A DNA stretch of 64,000 bases from the NCBI GenBank assembly GCA_012295275.1, contig CM022666.1, positions 12,834,001-12,898,000 on the forward strand, written 5' to 3'. Below the pieces are notes generated by a model, which was not told the DNA's origin, made no database searches, and saw only the letters and a program-made list of their open reading frames with translations. Shown one piece after another: positions 1 through 14,780 of this stretch. The stretch's first letter is position 1, and every line of letters starts with the position of its first letter. The translations under genes and the position numbers were made by a program. The stretch is from Chrysomallon squamiferum (lineage: Eukaryota; Animalia; Mollusca).

Positions 1-647
1 ATACTGTGCAGTATGTAACAATTAGCTGTTTGTTATGATAACAAAACAGATTTAACTGTATAATGGGCTAATGCATAAATGATTAGTTAGAAAAATTATT
101 TTAGATGTATGATGTTCAGTGAATTAAAAAAATACATATATTTATAATGATACAATGATCCATAGGGCTACTAAGTAAACAATAACAACAATAAAAAGCC
201 AACAAGGGAAAAGGACACTTTCATTCATGTCTGTACATCAATCAACGACGTTACACTCCATAACACCGCCTCTACCACACCACTACCACGACCGCTGCAA
301 CTACCCCATCATTACACTACAAAGAAAATTACACAGCAGTCATCCCATTTATCCAGATGTTGTAAACAACGTCGAAGCAGCCGTCGTAAATATCTATTCT
401 GCAGACAGTAGGGCGACATCTGTAAAAACTGTTATTAACACAGAGTTGTGGCGAACGACGTTGTAACAACAGCAGCAGCGTCCTCGCTAATAACCGCTCA
501 AACGAATAGCGTGGCAGTGAACGGAGAGGAGGTGGTCTCTGAAAACTGAACGTTCAATAACAGAAAACAGAGAGCGTTAACGAGGGCGGTTCCAGAAATA
601 GGAAGGTCCAGTCTCACTGTTGTGAAATAATACGAAGTACTAGTTTA

Positions 648-707
<60 letters not shown>

Positions 708-1683
708 TAACTTGCATATATATATTTATTTATTTATTTAACTGACACAAGCAGACCAATGCGTAGATTCAGCGTGTTATCTGTGATATATATATATTTA
801 AAAGCGGATATAAAATATTACTGACTATCTAACAGATAACCTGCTGAATGTAGGCACGTGTTCTGTGTCAGTTCATAGCAACATCCTAAATACGATACGA
901 GATACGCGCAGAATGATAATAAAATGATTACAGTTGAGTGTAAATCACATTTCAGCCCAGCCGAATCGGTTTGTCTCCATCTTTACTCTTTGTCTGACAC
1001 CCGCGAATTCAGATACCAGCCTGTGACCTGGTTTGGTTTGTCAATGGTGGATTAAAAAAAATAAAAAAGGAATTTGTAATTTAAACCGAAACGGGTTTGT
1101 TCTCTCAGTATCTGAATGGTATCTGATACTGCGTGAACACAGACGTAAGAGGTGTAGAGGTTTTCGGTTAAATAAAATAATTTTATCTTTCATCAACAGA
1201 GCTGAGATCTCTCATATGAAGTATTTCTACAACAGTACTAAATTAATTCAGTGTAGTTCATTACCGAGTCTCTACCACAACACTGCAAACACACGCGACT
1301 ACATTTCTTTATGTTTTAATTTATTTCAATCTTATTATCCTCCATTTTCTTTCATCCAAAATAATTTCATTCACAGGTTTAAGATGCACTGTTTTGTATG
1401 ACACCGATTTTCTTGGTTAAGATATCGTTGAACATTTATTCACTGAGTCAGACATTCATTCGTTCAATCAGTCATTCATTCATATGACGTCATTAAGAAA
1501 TTTCGTGTAGTAACACATCTAAAGATGTAAATGCTTTTAATACTAACAAGAATCTGTGTTAAAAGAATTGTCTTGTACACACAAATGATCAACAAAAAAC
1601 CACACAAAATATTCTGTTAATTAGTTATAAGTTCAGTGATGACTTTGTCCACATCTAGAAATGAAACCAGCTAACGACAACTA

Positions 1684-2095
1684 ATGGAGTACAACTTCCG
1701 GTTAGCTACAGAGGAAGCTTTCACACATCTTAGATCTTCCCGCCTCTCTGAAATAGAAAAACACGCGCAAATACCTTCAGACATTAATTATAGACTTTCA
1801 AACCAACCATTCCTTCCTAAAATGCGGATTTATCAAATGCTTAAACTCTGTTATTAAAAATATAAAAAAACAAAACAATTGCAGATCGAAGTATACTTAA
1901 TAGATATTATGTTAAATGCAATTCTATTGGTCGAATGAAACTGATAAGAAGAAGTTATAAAGTGTTATACCTTTATAATCTGCAGGACATTAATAGAAAA
2001 AAATAATATGGAAATGCCGTAAGTTTTATTACTATTTTTCCTTATTATATATCGCTATTATTATTATTAATATTCATATTTATTATTATTTTTCA

Positions 2096-2129
<34 letters not shown>

Positions 2130-3901
2130 TTGTCATCAGTATAAAATGATCAAAGTTACGCTAATTTCACCATTTGTTTTAAATCTTGAATTTCTTATAA
2201 TTATTAGCTAATTTTTGTTTATCATTTTTTTATTTTTTTTTATTGAAAAGATTATTTTACTCTTGATCACAGCGAGTATTCAAATGATTGTGACGCTGCT
2301 GTTGTTATTGTTGATGTTACTGTTGTTGTCGTTGTTGTCAGTTTTCTCTCAGTTGTTTGTTATTATCATAAATAAACTTGTAAAAGTATAATTTGTTTTT
2401 TAAAATATTAATTCTCTTTAGAAAAGGACAGAAATGGTTAACATGGGTTTTGTTGCTGACACGTGTAACTGCACGTGGAATTATCTTACTCCACCAAACA
2501 GAAACTAACAACATTAATGTAACTGTCCAGTCAACTGACGTCACTCCAGAACTAAGTGACATCACTGTCCAGCCAGATGACGATACAACCCAGTCAAATG
2601 ACATCACGTATGAGTCAGATGTTGTCACCTATCAGCCGCCGGGCATCACATCTGATTCAAATGGCGTGTCACGCGAAATAAGCGAGAAAACCACACAACA
2701 ATCACCTCCTGTCATTATAACCAATCCAACCGGCATAAATGATGGAGATAAGTTAAATACAACAACAATAGTTAGTACGGAAGGTCAAAATGACGCCGTT
2801 ACTAAAGAAATAAATAGGGATAACACGACACCACCTGCTGTAACAAGGGAAACAACTGATGATGTCAATCAGACTTTACAGAATGTCCTGTCTATCGACC
2901 CAGTCTTCGGTGACGCAAACAGTACTGTGACGTCAACGACAAAGATTGTAGGCCTTTACGTCAGTTACGTCACCACTCCGCTGTTTGCAGTGTTGGGTAT
3001 CTTTGGTAACGCTTTGACGGTTGCCGTGATGACACACAAGGCGTTTTCGTCAATGACAATGAGCATCATTCTGACAGCTCTCTCCGTGTCTGACACCACG
3101 TTTCTGCTCATGCAGCCGTTCACGAAGCAGTGGGTAACCCAGCTTCTGGGGAAAGACATTCGCGCGCTGGATGACGCGTCGTGCAAAATCTTCTTCGTCA
3201 TCCTGAAAACGGCGAAAATGTCTTCTTCTTGGTTTGTTGTGCTCGTCTGTTTTGAGCGTTTCGTTGCCGTCTGGTTTCCCCTGCACGCGAGAATCATCAA
3301 CAGCAGACGCAACATTTCAGTCTCTCTCGTCGTCATCGTGTCCACGGCGCTCGTTTTCAACGGATTCTGGTCGTTCGCTTCGAAAGTCATCGACGGCGTG
3401 TACTGCACAGTCAACTACTCACAACCAGATTTTGCTACAAAAACCCAGATCTTCTCTCTGGCTGGAATTCTCATGTATGTTGGGATCCCGACCATTCTTC
3501 TTGCAATCATGACCCCAGCCATCATCTTCCGCCTCCTTCACCAAGCAAAAATGTTGCAGTCTTTGTCCAGCACGACTCTTCGCAAAAGAGACCACAACCA
3601 GAAAACCGTGGCCATGTTAATGAGCGTCACTGTCGCCTACATTCTGCTTGCGTCTCCCATTGCGATGGTTTTCATCGTTGCTGTTGTTCAGAAGCAGAAT
3701 CTCTTCCAGACCAGGGATCCGGTGATTTCCGTGATGCGCGAAGTGGCGCAGCCGCTGGAACTGTTGAACTATTCCATCAACTTCTTTCTGTACGTCGCCT
3801 TCAGCAAGACATTTCGTGGTCGCGTTGCGGAGATTTTTGGTTGCAAGGTTAGCAAGAAAAGTTTGTCCACGGAACTTTCTATAACACGAACAACTACGTG
3901 A
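1684..3901 (+). CDS. Rhodopsin-class 7TM GPCR, FMRFamide/peptide-receptor-like, with Ser/Thr-rich N-terminal ectodomain (GPCR-1)
   Basis: Main coding exon 2422-3901 follows the acceptor ctctttag. It encodes seven hydrophobic segments, GN in TM1, LSVSD in TM2, CFERF (DRY-equivalent) and NYSINFFLY in TM7. Tentative first exon 1684-1700 (ATG GAG TAC AAC TTC CG|gttagc) is phase 2, matching the acceptor. The first exon is less certain than the main exon. Confidence 0.9.
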
Positions 3902-3982
3902 GGACCGTCCATTTAATTATTTTACTACTACTACTATTACTACCGCTGTTCTTGTTGTCGTTGTATGTTGTTGTTGTTAATA

Positions 3983-4034
<52 letters not shown>

Positions 4035-5119
4035 AAACAAAATCACAAGATACAAGACATAAACACATCGACCAAGTCCAGATTCGTGAAACATTTTTCC
4101 TAATTTAATCATTCCGAAATATTCCGAAGAGTTTAATCCTTGCGATTCCGATTACAAACGAACACGACCAGTTGGTGAGTTCGTATCTTAATATACGGAA
4201 AAACTATTTACTTTAATATTTATTGAAATATTTATGCTGTTTTCTTCTTAATCAGTTTTTGTGACTTTATAGCTATATAATTTTTTCATTTTATTTTTAA
4301 ATCTTCTTCTCTTTCTTCATTGTTTTCTTTTTCTTCTTTTTCTCTCCGTGAACGTTTTATTTTGAACGTCACAAGTATATTTGTTGAATTAACTGCGAAA
4401 ATAAACAGATCGAGTCACGTGTTTATCTGTATATTTATTTACAGTATGATTTATTTTGTAATCCTTTTCTCTTTTTTCCCCTCTAAAACACATTTTCGGA
4501 TGATTCGATAAGAGATTTAGTTTGGTTTGTAAACTGAAACATTAAAGCGATTGGGGTGTAAGTGATTTTACAGCTGTTGAACGGGCGGTATTTCGCAAAG
4601 TGCCTATTGACTGTTTTCAAGAGGTTTAAATTTTTGTTGTCAGATTTACTGTGTGAAATTGTCAAATGGAAATAAATATGACACTGACAAAACGGTTTTT
4701 GTGAGGTTTATGATATCAGAATACCATAATTTCTTGTTAAACAGTAAAATAATATCTCGAAGGAGACTTTTAAATCATAATTCACAAGGAAAGTCTGTGC
4801 TTTTTGTCCACGGAAAACTGCTACCAGTGTCAAAAGAAGATTGTTGTTATTGTGAACGTAGAGTTTTCCAAACGTGTTAATACACTGAATTAAGGCATCT
4901 GTTAAACTGATGACATTATGACAAATTAGCTAACTATAAGTTAATATTAAATACGTATACAAGAACCTTTTTTTTTTTTTTTTTTTCAGTGACTCTCTCT
5001 GACAAATTGTGTACTATTATTGAGTACTGGGACAAGAGGCGATCAAACCGCCAGAACGCGTTCAATTTACTGTTCTTCAACCAATGTGTTTAAAATGGCA
5101 TCTTGTTCTTTTGTTTGTT

Positions 5120-5180
<61 letters not shown>

Positions 5181-6043
5181 CACACACACACACACGCAGA
5201 CCATCAAATAATTTATTTTTTTACTTTTCGTAACAGACTAACCAAGGGAAGCAACTCTATAAATTTTTGTATCGATTCGTAAGATCGGACACTACCAGTG
5301 TTAATAGGGAATGTGTAAAATCACTCTGTTATCTTGTCACTTTTGTCAGCTATTAACATTAGTTTAGAATCCAGAATATTATTAACCGACAAATTTAAAT
5401 GAACTGAAATAAAATCATATTTTAAAGGTGATTTTACTGAACAGTTTTATCATGATGTTCTGATTAACTAGAATTAACAGATTTTCTTTTTCGTTTATTT
5501 ATGATTCTATGTTCCTTCTGCTAAGATGTATTTTATTCAGTTCAGTCAGTTCATATAATCTAAATTTTGTTTTCACATAGCATTCTTTAAAAAAAAATAT
5601 ATATATATATATTGAACCTAAAACAAAACTTGTAAATATAGACATTAATTTATTAATTTAGTATAAATCAAAGATGTATGCTGATATTGTAGCTGAATAT
5701 TAAATATATATATATATATAATTAAAAATAAAAATAAAAAACATCATTAAAAAACCTAAGAAAACAGTAACTTTGAAATGAAAATAAATAAAAACAAACA
5801 AATTAGACTAAATAATAAGTGAATGAATGAAACATAAATATACAAATAAAACTAAATTCAAAGCAGTTCTTCATTTGTTTCAGTTTCTTTCTTTCTTTCT
5901 TTTTTTTTCTCATTTCCTTCATTATTTTTTTCTAACGTTTCTTGTTTTAAAATCTAAATGAGATTCCCAGACCTGTCACCTTTCTTGTAACACTACTTCA
6001 ATCTGACATTTTTGTAATAATAATAATGATGATGATGATGATG

Positions 6044-6074
<31 letters not shown>

Positions 6075-8089
6075 TTATGATGATGATGATAATGATGATG
6101 ATAATAAGAATAAGAAGAAGAAGAAGAAGAAGAATGAAGATGATGGTAATAATAACAATAATAATATTAATAATAAAATGAATAACTAAATAAATATACA
6201 ACACTGTACGCTGACTATATAGGGTTTTCTGTTTCATTCACCAACGAACAGTTTGCCTGTGTTCACTACCAGCAATCAGATTTTCAGTTTCTACCGATAA
6301 CTGACTTACTTCGTTTAACGTAGAATTCATCGCCTGCGTTTTTGATGCTGAACAGTTCCACAGCTTTTGTTACATAATCAGCGACCGGCTGCTGGCTATA
6401 CTTATCACTAATCAGAAAGAAAAAGAGAGACTCGGATGCTAGTACAACATCACTGATCAACATTTAAATAGTCAATCACAATGATAAGCAGTTTTCTGCA
6501 AATGGGAGGCAACTGATGAACTGTTAAAGACAAAAAAAATGCCCCAGTGAATTACAGTATTTTAGAAACAAAGTAAATACCATTTCATCATCTAAACTAG
6601 TTATTTGTAAACTGCTTTTTTTCGTTTCTTGTGCTAACGGTACGTGTTAAAACGTTTCCAGTGATCTCCAGTTTGGGCTTAATGACGCTGTTTGAACGAA
6701 ACCCTGTTTTTATTTCTCTCACTCGTTAGAACTGTCACACGTTCAGAACTCAGAAAGACACGAAGACCCCTCCCCCAAACAAGAAAAGAACGACAAAAGG
6801 TAGAGGATTAAAGAAAAAAAAAAGTTAAAAAAATAGCAAAGAAGAAATAAAAAGAAGGAAAGAAAACGATTTAGAAACATGATAATAATAAATTAAAAAT
6901 AAATTAATTAATTAATTAAAACAATTTTAAAAAGTAAAAGCAAAGAAGGAAAGATAGAAAATATGAAAATTGAGCATGGAACAGTTCATTGAAAATAGAA
7001 AATGAAATAAATTAAAATAATTTTATTTACATAATGTTATGTAAAACGTGTACATATAATATTTCTTTTACATATACAAACACCGAATATTCATGTCGCA
7101 GAATTTGTTAATTTGGTTTATTTATTTACTCATTTCTAGGAATTTAAAAATATGACCCTTCGTTTGTCGTCATTCCAAAGCATTAACCTTTCCTGGAATG
7201 TTTTATGAAGCCATTAACACAAACTATCTTATAAACACGTGTAAATTTAGTCCACGAGCCAGGCAGAATTTGAGAAAAAAAAAATGATGAACAGATCTAA
7301 TATGAATTTTGTTTACTTTGATAATTGAAGTGCATTTCAGATTCATCTTTAAAAGTAGCTTTAGACGGGTTTTTTTTTTTACCAATATGTCAGCTACTTT
7401 GAAATGGTTATAACTGTACCAGATTTACCCAGGATCGTGTGATTAGAATTATTTTGATTTGTTTAAGATTCTACTCATGCTGATATATCGTTACTGATAT
7501 TTAACTGATTATGCATTTAATAAAATATACAAAATTGGCGTAATTATCTCATTTTTTCTTACACTAAGAAAACATTCACACTGGATGTAAGCACACATGT
7601 CATGGACTCTGCTTATGAAGATTTGGATATGTGTAACTTATATGATTTGCTTACATGTTTAAACACGCCTACCGTGTTCACGAACTTTCTCACTTCGCCA
7701 GTGAGATCGATATAAGACAGGCAAAGAGCGTTGTTAGATAAGTTTTAATAAAAGTGTATAAAGTTGACGAGTATTGATGTCAGTGAATGCAGGTGTTTTG
7801 ATTAAATTCACTGTTAATGCAGTCTCGAGGTGCTTTGTGCGTGTCAGGTGACATAAATGTTTGTTGGACGATTTGATTAATTACTCAGCTATGAGTAAAT
7901 TAAAAAGAACCTGACAGTCATACGTTTAGAAATTGTATCTTGCTTGAGCCATCGAGTGAATGACGAAGTAACTAACTGTCCTAGTGAAATATTTCATGAA
8001 TGGCATAAACGTGTGATGAAAAAAATAAAATGAACAAATTAATACGTGTATAATTTGGTGGCTGTTTACACGATGTTCTGGAAATGAGG

Positions 8090-8810
8090 TTAACCTGTTA
8101 ATTTGTTCGTAGATCGCGGGTTAAACGTGTTAGATTGTTAGTAGATCGCTGGTTAAATGTTAGATTGTTAGTAGATCGCTGGTTAAATATGCTAGATTGT
8201 TAGTAGATCGCTGGTTAAATATGTTAGATTGTTAGTAGATCGCTAGTTAAATATGCTAGATTGTTAGTAGATCGCGGGTTAAACGTGTTAGATTGTTAGT
8301 AGATCGCTGGTTAAATATGTTAGATTGTTAGTAGATCGCTGGTTAAATATGTTAGATTGTTAGTAGATCGCTGGTTAAATATGCTAGATTGTTAGCAGAT
8401 CGCTGGTTAAATATGTTAGATTGTTAGTAGATCGCTGGTTAAAAATGTTAAATTGTTAGTAGATCGCTGGTTAAATATGTTAGATTGTTAGTAGATCGCT
8501 GGTTAAATATGTTAGATTGTTAGTAGATCGCTTGTTAAATATGTTAGATTGTTAGTAGATCGCTTGTTAAATATGTTAGATTGTTAGTAGATCGCTTGTT
8601 AAATACGTTAGATTGTTAGTAGATCGCTGAATAAATATGTTAGATTGTTAGTTAAATACGTTAGATTGTTAGTAGATCGCGGGATAAATATGTTAGATTG
8701 TTAGTAGATCGCGGGTTAAATATGTTAGATTGTTAGTAGATCGCGGGTTAAATACGTTAGATTGTTAGTAGATCGCGCTTTAACACACTAGATTGTTAGT
8801 AGATCGCGTT
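8090..8810. repeat. Minisatellite, about 22 copies of a 32-bp unit (ggttaaatatgttagattgttagtagatcgct)
   Basis: The tandem period is directly visible (e.g. 8181 to 8213). The last unit overlaps the GPCR-2 C-terminal codons and stop codon. Confidence 0.97.
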
Positions 8811-10125
8811 ATTCTGAAACTGCTGTTTTGAGTCGATCTTGGTTGTGAAACGTTTGACAGCTGAATTTCCAGAGATGTGGATTTTACCCTGCAACAGAAC
8901 AACTGTGCCACTCGACAACGAAACACTTTACTGCAGGCGATGTAGAGAATAAAATTAACGGAATAGTTAAGAAGTTCGAGAGGTTGAGCAATTTCTCGCA
9001 TGAACGAAAGAGTTACGTCCCTTGACTGGAAGAGATTCTCTCCCTTGATTAGCGCTATATTCATGCAGATGACAATAGGCGTTGCTAAGAGAATGTATGC
9101 TATCATGACACTGACCAACATGGCAAACGTTTTGTGATTGGTCGGCAGTTTGTTGACCGATGTTTCTGACATTTTCTTACGTAATCTCGTCTGCTTTGCC
9201 AAGCGACATATTATGGCCGGCGTCATAATACAAAGAAGAGTTGTGGGAATTCCCGCATAAATTACCGTCCCCACGACAGCGAAGATCCTCGTTTTCATGA
9301 CGGACGCGTCGAACTTGTAATTCACGAAACAGAATTTTCCTCCGACCACCCTGGAGGAAAAAGACCACAGTATGTTAAAAATGAGGATGGAAATAAATAT
9401 TACAACCAATGAGACTACGGCGTTTCGTTTGGTGCAGATCAGTCGCGCCTTCAGCGGGAACCACACAGCGATCATCCGCTCCATGCAGACGACGACGACA
9501 AACCAGGAGGAGCACATTTTCAACGTCCTGAAGAGGATGAAGAATATTTTACACGACGCGTCGCTCAGTGCCCGGATGTCCATTCCTATCAGGTGGATGA
9601 GCCAGAGCTTGTTAAACGGCTGGATCAGAAGCACTCCTGTGTCAGAGATGGCCAGCGCAATTAAAATGACGGACGTCGTCATCGACTTGAACTCTCTGCT
9701 GAACATCACGATGATGGTGAGGACGTTGCCGCTGAAGCCAATCGCCAGGAACAACGGCGTGATGACGTAGCTCACGTACTGACCAATGACCACCGACCTG
9801 GGAGGAGGGTCTTTTGGGAAAATGTCGTCTAAAGTGTCGTTGTTGTCGGTTATCGTTCTTGTTACTGAAGCTTTCCTCCAGGTGTCGTTGTCTACTGCTG
9901 TGTTGTCACGGAGGTTTCTGGTGGCTGTGATACCTGCAGTGAATTCTCGAGTGATGTTAACAGAGTTGATGTCGTTGTCGTTGTTGCTGCTTCTCTGACC
10001 GGACGTGTTAGTTAGAAGTATTAGAACTGCCGCTAATTTCCACCATAAATGATCCCTGTAATAAAACAGATATACACTGTGTATGTGCGTAACACTGACA
10101 GCATAAAAATAAATTAAATAAATAA

Positions 10126-10180
<55 letters not shown>

Positions 10181-10188
10181 AATAAATA

Positions 10189-10220
<32 letters not shown>

Positions 10221-10436
10221 AAAAGAAAGAAAAAGAAAGAAAACAAAATCAAAAACGTTAAACACCAAATTACAGCATTCGTATTTGAAATATATGATCT
10301 TGTTCCTAACATATATATATAAGTACATGTACACTTTTATGCTATTAATTAATTTATTATTATTGTTGTTGTTGTTGTCGTCGTTGTTGTTATTGTTATT
10401 ATTGTTAGTTATTTTATTGTTGTTGTTGTTATTATT

Positions 10437-10475
<39 letters not shown>

Positions 10476-11866
10476 ATTTTTCCCCTTTAAATGAAGGGCA
10501 TTAACTTTTCTCTTTTATTAGATTTTAATAGACTTTGACTGGGATAATGGGAACACCGCGGTGTTTTTGAAATCAATGAAAGTAGGGCGGGTACGTTTTC
10601 TCATTCTTCTCGAAACCACGCGGCGATTTCTGAATAGTCAATCTCCGAAACTTTTATTTCACGTCGGCACTTCAGCTACGCAGTAATTGACAAATCGTCT
10701 TTGTTTCAGGAACTTGCATTGTCTTACTCGATGGTGAACAAAACCTGGCATAACGTAAACACTAAACTGATGTCCATTTACACTAGGCACACGGACAGAA
10801 ATCAAGATGGTTGCACAAAGGCCAATAATAATAATCTGTTTGTTTTTCGGTTCAGCTGAGTGACGTGCTAATTAACCTGCAAGCTGTTTTGAACTTTATT
10901 TAAACCCTTCGCAGAGCCCACTTTGAACAATGCTAATAGGAGAGAGAAGTCACTGAAATCTAAATTCATTTACGATTGAATTGGATTTTGTTTTCTAAAT
11001 TATTGGTTTCTTATGTCAAGCACGTGCTTTCGTCTTATTTTTCCCTTCGTTAATGCAGTTGCTTGTGCAGTTCCAGTGCGTTGACATAGGACTTGACAGG
11101 TCGAAGGGTCAACTCTCCTTAGTGCGCCTTTAAAGATTTTCCCATTTACATCAAATAATTGGTTAACAAAGTGCTGTCGTTTGCGTTGTGTTGTCCTACA
11201 TTTTTTAAGAATGTTTTTTCACCAGTTTAGAGTGTATTGTGTTTTCTTGTTTGAAGTTAATTAATGATTCTTAAATTTCGTTTTTATGATGGCCTCTCGT
11301 AAACATAATTATATAATGTGTGTGTCTATACATACAAACACATACACGATTACATTAAATATTATGAATGTGTGTGCGTATATGGATATATATGTATATA
11401 TTTGCTATATATTTGCGTATGTATGTGTGTACGCAGTTTACATATTTAATATTGAAAGCTGTACTGTAGACATTCATAACTGAATTCATATCATATAAAA
11501 CACAGTAAATAACAGATGTTTGGTTATCTTGCTGTATTTGGTATCAGTGATTCATCTCCGTGCTGTGCGTAACATTGGGCGCTTGTTCGTATCAAAAACA
11601 TAACAGTCTTCTCCTGTTGATATAAATCAATGTCGTAACGCACTTAATATCAAGAATTATCTAGAATTACGTAAACATATGTATATTCACAAAGTCGCAG
11701 ACACACACAAACAAACACACATACACACAAATATATACATGTATATAGATAGATAGATAGATAGGTAGATAGATAGATATATACGTATACACAGACTTAC
11801 ATGCATATACATATACATATATACATGCATATACATATACATATATACATATACATATACATATAT

Positions 11867-11901
<35 letters not shown>

Positions 11902-12540
11902 CATAAATATATATATACATACATACATAAATATATATATATATATTTATACATATATATATATATATATACATACATAAATATATATATATATACATAC
12001 ATATACACACACACACACACATATATATAATTATAATTTGGACGTATATATAAATGTGTACATGCTATTTTGCATCGTTTAATATTAAAGTACATTTGAT
12101 ATCACGTACAGATCTGTCTAGACTTTTAGATCTGCATATACAGTACATGTAACATGTTTCTAACTACATTTATGTATAATTATATCTGACACTAAGCAGT
12201 TCATAACGATATATTTTATATATATTTTCATCTAACATACAAAGGACTATCTACATATCTATATAATACAAACAATACAGGCAGACATGCTGACACCAAC
12301 ACACGCATACGTACATTTTACACATATATATTATAAACGTAACAAGATAATCAGGCAATCTGACATATTTAACTTGAACAGTTTTCTTTAAGTTTACTGC
12401 TAGACACTGACATAGTGTATTGAAATTAACAAGAAAAATTCAATTACGTCTTGTCTTGAAGAATACAAAATAAAGCAATAAATCTCAGAGAAAGCAACAC
12501 AATCACTGAACCACAGTCATTGTTACCTGCTAAATGACAT
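8780..12540 (-). CDS. Rhodopsin-class 7TM GPCR, paralog of GPCR-1 (GPCR-2)
   Basis: Main exon 10055-8780 follows the acceptor ttttattacag. Motifs GN, LAISD, CMERM and NYSVNFILY are present, and long stretches are shared with GPCR-1 ([38 protein letters not shown]). Likely first exon 12540-12527 (ATG TCA TTT AGC AG|gtaaca, phase 2) gives the signal-peptide-like start [24 protein letters not shown]. Confidence 0.9.
11690..12035. repeat. Compound AT/AC/ATAG microsatellite
   Basis: Runs of ATAG, ATAC, AT and AC; source of the spurious YI-rich ORFs. Confidence 0.9.
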
Positions 12541-14371
12541 CTTTATTTACCTGATGTGAATGTCTGTCCGTGGATATATGTCACTAAAGAGATACGAGAA
12601 ACCAATCAAATAATTAGATGGGGAAAAAAAAGAAGAAAAAAAGAAGAAACATTTTAGCAGCATATCACCACGCAAGTTGGGTAATTAAATAAATCGGTTA
12701 ATCGCAATCTTCGTATGTCTTTATTATGTTTTTCTTTCTTTGTCTTGTGTATCTTTTTAAATCTTTCTCTAACACTATCTTTCTCCTAAATTTCTCTGTC
12801 TATCTATCTAACTGTGTCTATCTATCTAATCCAACTCTCTGTCTTACTGCCTGTCTGGCTATATATATCTACCTGTCTATCTATCTGTATCTGTATCTGT
12901 ATTTCTGTCTGTCAGTATGTTTATCTGTGTCTGTCCGTCTGTCTCTCATAGTTCATCATCGTCATCATCATATTATTATTATTATTATAGTTGTTGTTGT
13001 TGTTGTTGTTGTTGCTGTTGCTGTTGTTGCTGTTTTATCACCATCATCATCGTTTTCAGACAAACTCTAGGGTTTTAAATGCAAACAGAACTGATGTTAG
13101 GAAAGTCTACTCGAGCACGTAGCCCAAACACAGCCGAGTAACACACAGATCAGACTCGAACACAAACTTTAACCTCTTTATCTCGCACTGACTGCGGGTT
13201 TCAAACAGACCTTGCATCTGTCCAGATGTGTTTACAACTTCTGAATCTTTTCTATCGCTGGGTTTTTATTTATTTATTTATTTTATTTTTATTTAAAAAA
13301 AAAAATTTGATATGCTTATTTCCGGTTCAGTTGTCCTGATGTGCATATTTCATCGCATATTCATATACGATGACCAGTACTATGTTAAGTTTATTGGATA
13401 TAGTTACTAGCCTTAACTATATTTGATTAGTATTAACCTATGTGTGTGTGTGTGTATGTGTGAGTTCGAGTGTGTAAATATATTAGATATTTTGTATATC
13501 TGTGTGTGTTCATATGTCAAAAATCGCTAAATTATGCAAACTTTATTTTCCTCCTCACGGTTTTTTTATGTCTGGATATAGGTTCAGTTCTTCTTGGTAC
13601 CGTGACTTTACTGATTCCCATTCCAGTCAGTGTTCTGGAATTCATAATGCTTTTCTTTCAGTTTCTGGGAAGGTGCATATTAAAAACAAATCGTGCTGCT
13701 AAATGAAAGGATTATTTCACTGAGTAATAGCATCAATCCATTTCTTGTGCGTTTATTTCTCGAAATATTTGTTAACTCCCATTATCAGAATGTTTGAAAC
13801 CGTCTTCAGCAAATATATGTGTATTCATATTTCAGTAATACACTTCTCTGTTAAATACTTACTGCGTAATCCTGACAGTAATACAAAATCAATCATTGTC
13901 GCATAGAAAACCAGTATTTATTTACTTATCTACTTACTTATGTTATAAATATACTTAACTCTTTTAGGTATATTTCGCTTTATACAGTACATTGAAACAA
14001 GATTAATATCTACAAATCTCAGATTTCAAATACACTTTTGTAAATTAAGTCGTTTTTATTTACATACACGCTGATGCTGTAATTAGTGTAAGTAATTTTT
14101 TAACTTGTACGTTTTAATTTCTTCATATAATATTTTTGTACTTGATATAAGAAGTATTTTGATTTATTAAAGATATGTCCCTCTTAAAATCAAAATATAA
14201 ATAAGTATTATTATAAAGTAAAATTATTACTGAAGGTAAATAAAATAAATGAATGAATGAATAGCGCTAAGTTATATTTCAAAAACAGAGAGTACTTGTA
14301 ATTTTACTAAATGAAATGAAATCATTACTATTCTTTTAATATGTATGTAATACACATGTAAGAATGAGTGA

Positions 14372-14428
14372 ATGAATGTTTAACGACACCCCAGCACAAA
14401 AAAAATATCGGCTACTGGGTGTCAAACA
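14372..14428. repeat. Short interspersed-repeat remnant: (GAAT)n tail plus hairpin gacaccccag...ctgggtgtc
   Basis: A hairpin abuts a GAAT microsatellite, a layout typical of SINE/LINE 3' ends. The family cannot be identified from this window. Confidence 0.4.
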
Positions 14429-14603
14429 CATGAAAGATTCAAGCATAGATACATATACACAAACATCAAACATACATCCCAGTACGCATACATAAGATAA
14501 ACATACATATCTACTTATATAAATATACAGCTACACATACATACATACATACATACATACATACATACATACATACATACACATATATGTATGTTTGTAG
14601 ATT

Positions 14604-14727
14604 ACATCACACACACATATATATACGTTAAAATATTTATCTTTTGCTATATTTTATATTTTATGTTTACAAAATTTACTGCAATATATATATATATTTT
14701 TGTTACTAATTAATAATATACTGTCCG

Positions 14728-14780
<53 letters not shown>

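Noticed and set aside
227-620. 79-aa ORF and CpG-rich patch at the window start
   Set aside because: No recognisable domain or splice structure; it resembles degenerate trinucleotide sequence.
2965-3512. Antisense and alternate-frame ORFs over the GPCR, four-TM and DKC1 exons
   Set aside because: Shadow ORFs of GC-rich coding sequence with no independent motifs.
8090-8810. CRISPR-like array (also considered for 36561-36968)
   Set aside because: The units are contiguous with no unique spacers, there are no cas genes, and the context is eukaryotic.
10056-10312. N-terminal 85 aa of the 510-aa ORF
   Set aside because: Read-through of intronic ATT/CTTT microsatellites upstream of a clear acceptor at 10055.
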